Source: Macrostomum lignano (Eukaryota). From it: a stretch of DNA of 64,000 nt. The translations under genes were made by a program, and so were the position numbers. Location: contig NIVC01001183.1 of the NCBI GenBank assembly GCA_002269645.1, positions 268,206 to 332,205 on the forward strand. The letters are read 5' to 3'. The notes under the pieces were generated by a model that saw only the letters and a program-made list of their open reading frames with translations, did no database searches and was not told where the DNA came from. Below are positions 62,436 through 64,000 of this stretch, one piece after another; the stretch's first letter is position 1, and the number at the start of each line of letters is the position of its first letter.

Positions 62436-63623
62436 CTAAATGGGATCCTGCGGCAGCGGGAACTGGCGCAGAGGATAGCCCGGATTGTAGCCGCCGTCAT
62501 CCTCAGGAGACGCGGCCACCTGGGCGGCTGCCGGGAGACGCAGCTGCTGATGAGGCTGGCCGGCCTTGCCGGGGCTCGGGCGCAGTTTGCGGCCCCAGTT
62601 GCGCAGGTGCTCGGCTTTCTCGCACGGCCGATGCCGACTGTAATAAGCGGCGTCGGTGAGGTCCTCCGACATGCCAGGCGTCTCCTGGAGGCGGCACAGG
62701 CGGAGCGCGGCCTGGGCGGGGGCGGCGCCGTTGGCGGCCGCAGGCTTGGCCAGCTTGGCGTACACGCGGATGTCCGAGGCGGGCGGCAGGGCGGGCACGG
62801 GGCGCCAGCTGGGGGTGGAAATCTCCCGGTACTCGATGGGTTCGTAGTGGTGCGGCGTCCACGGGGGCGACTCCGGCGACAGCTCGCCGTCGTCCGCCGC
62901 GGCCAGGTCGGCTGAGCCGTTGAAGCCAACAGCGGCATCGCCGTCCGCAGGTTTCTGATGCTGCTGGAGCGGCGGCTGCAGCTTCTTCATCAGCGCAGTG
63001 GAGGTGAGGGATGGGATTTTCAATGGCGGCGGATTCTGGCGCTGGCGGCGGTGAGGCTGCTGCTGCTGCTTTTGCCTGGCCGCTGAAGCGCTGGAGGAGG
63101 ACGAGCTCGCCTGCGACATCGCGTCAAGGGATGACGGCAGAGGCTTCCTGCGGTGCTGCTGCTGCTGCTTGGTGGCCTGGCCTGCCTGCTGCTCCTGCTG
63201 CTGGCGCTGCCTGGACCGCTTCTTCCTGAAGATGGACGACACGGCCGTCTCGATGTGCTGGCGATCGGCCGGCGGCCCCAGCGCCGGGTGGCAGGCGGGG
63301 TCCAGCTGCTGCGCCCGCTCTGAGATCGGCGCCTGCGCGTTCGCCGGGCGGACCCGATTACGCCAGCCGCCGCACAGAGCGCAGCCGGGCAGCGGTGGGG
63401 CGCAGGAGCAGCGCACGAGGCCGCCGGCGGTGCTGGCGGCGGACATCCGTGGCGGCTGAAGCCGGACGCGGCGCCGGCCGCCGGCCAGCAGCTGCGGGGG
63501 CGCCGGCACGCAGCGGCTGGCGGAGCTGGTGGGATCGAAGCGCCAGGGCTTGTTGGACAGGCGATCGCAGAGGTCAGAGTAGGCGCGGAGGCGGCAGTCC
63601 ACGTCGCTGAGCTGCTGGCTCAC
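62436..63623 (-). CDS. KANSL1: KAT8 regulatory NSL complex subunit 1 (KANSL1/NSL1), terminal exon with PEHE domain; gene continues beyond the window
   Basis: VSQQLSDVDCRLRAYSDLCDRL, CSC..GCALCGG, PISERAQQLDPACHPAL, ISTPSWR, EDLTDAAYYSRHRPCEKAE and RQFPL parallel recalled KANSL1 segments. Acceptor cgcag at 63624-63625. Confidence 0.88.
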   Translation of the reverse strand: MSQQLSDVDCRLRAYSDLCDRLSNKPWRFDPTSSASRCVPAPPQLLAGGRRRVRLQPPRMSAASTAGGLVRCSCAPPLPGCALCGGWRNRVRPANAQAPISERAQQLDPACHPALGPPADRQHIETAVSSIFRKKRSRQRQQQEQQAGQATKQQQQHRRKPLPSSLDAMSQASSSSSSASAARQKQQQQPHRRQRQNPPPLKIPSLTSTALMKKLQPPLQQHQKPADGDAAVGFNGSADLAAADDGELSPESPPWTPHHYEPIEYREISTPSWRPVPALPPASDIRVYAKLAKPAAANGAAPAQAALRLCRLQETPGMSEDLTDAAYYSRHRPCEKAEHLRNWGRKLRPSPGKAGQPHQQLRLPAAAQVAASPEDDGGYNPGYPLRQFPLPQDPI

Positions 63624-63717
63624 CTGCGATAGCGCGGGTTGGAGGAGGCAAAGGTAAGAGCAAGTAGGGATATTATGGGTGCCTGATGACTGCCTCTCCA
63701 GATACTGCACGTGCATT

Positions 63718-64000
63718 TCCCTGACCCCAACTAGGGATTGATGAGGTGCAGCCACCCCAGATACTGCATGTAGATGTCCCTGACCCCAATTAGGGATTGA
63801 TGAGGTGCAGCCACCCCAGATACTGCATGTAGATGTCCCTGACCCCAACTAGGGATTAATGAGGTGCAGCCACCCCAGATACTGCATGTAGATGTCCCTG
63901 ACCCCAACTAGGGATTAATGAGGTGCAGCCACCCCAGATACTGCATGTAGATGTCCCTGACCCCAACTAGGGATTGATGAGGTGCAGCCACCCCAGATAC
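63718..64000. repeat. 59-bp minisatellite, intronic, runs off the window
   Basis: Unit ccccaactagggattgatgaggtgcagccaccccagatactgcatgtagatgtccctga (63902, 63961). Confidence 0.95.

Overview
Animal (eukaryotic) genomic DNA with spliceosomal genes; no prokaryotic features. GC-rich exons, minisatellite-filled introns and GATA/TTAG microsatellites suggest a flatworm such as Macrostomum (inference only). Seven protein-coding genes are supported: Tctex1-type dynein light chain (-), an orphan type-I membrane protein (-), a HELZ2-like RNB nuclease/SF1 helicase (-), an RNF115/126-like RING-H2 ligase (-), a ~17-exon AKAP13/ARHGEF28/18-like RhoGEF (+), a low-complexity protein with a CRACD/KIAA1211-like motif (-), and the last exon of KANSL1 (-). 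AT-rich blocks hold several non-autonomous TIR transposons. The most striking is a 297-bp element with 14-bp TIRs and an 8-bp TSD that carries 64 nt of 28S rDNA covering the R2/I-PpoI/Pokey target, with 8 contiguous substitutions across the cut site. Most GC-block introns carry their own private minisatellite, and three arrays are tandem copies of the exon/5'-splice-site junction itself. Three genes show apparent frameshifts in short runs (assembly error or a decaying copy). Exon models, repeat boundaries and copy numbers were read by eye and are approximate where marked ~.
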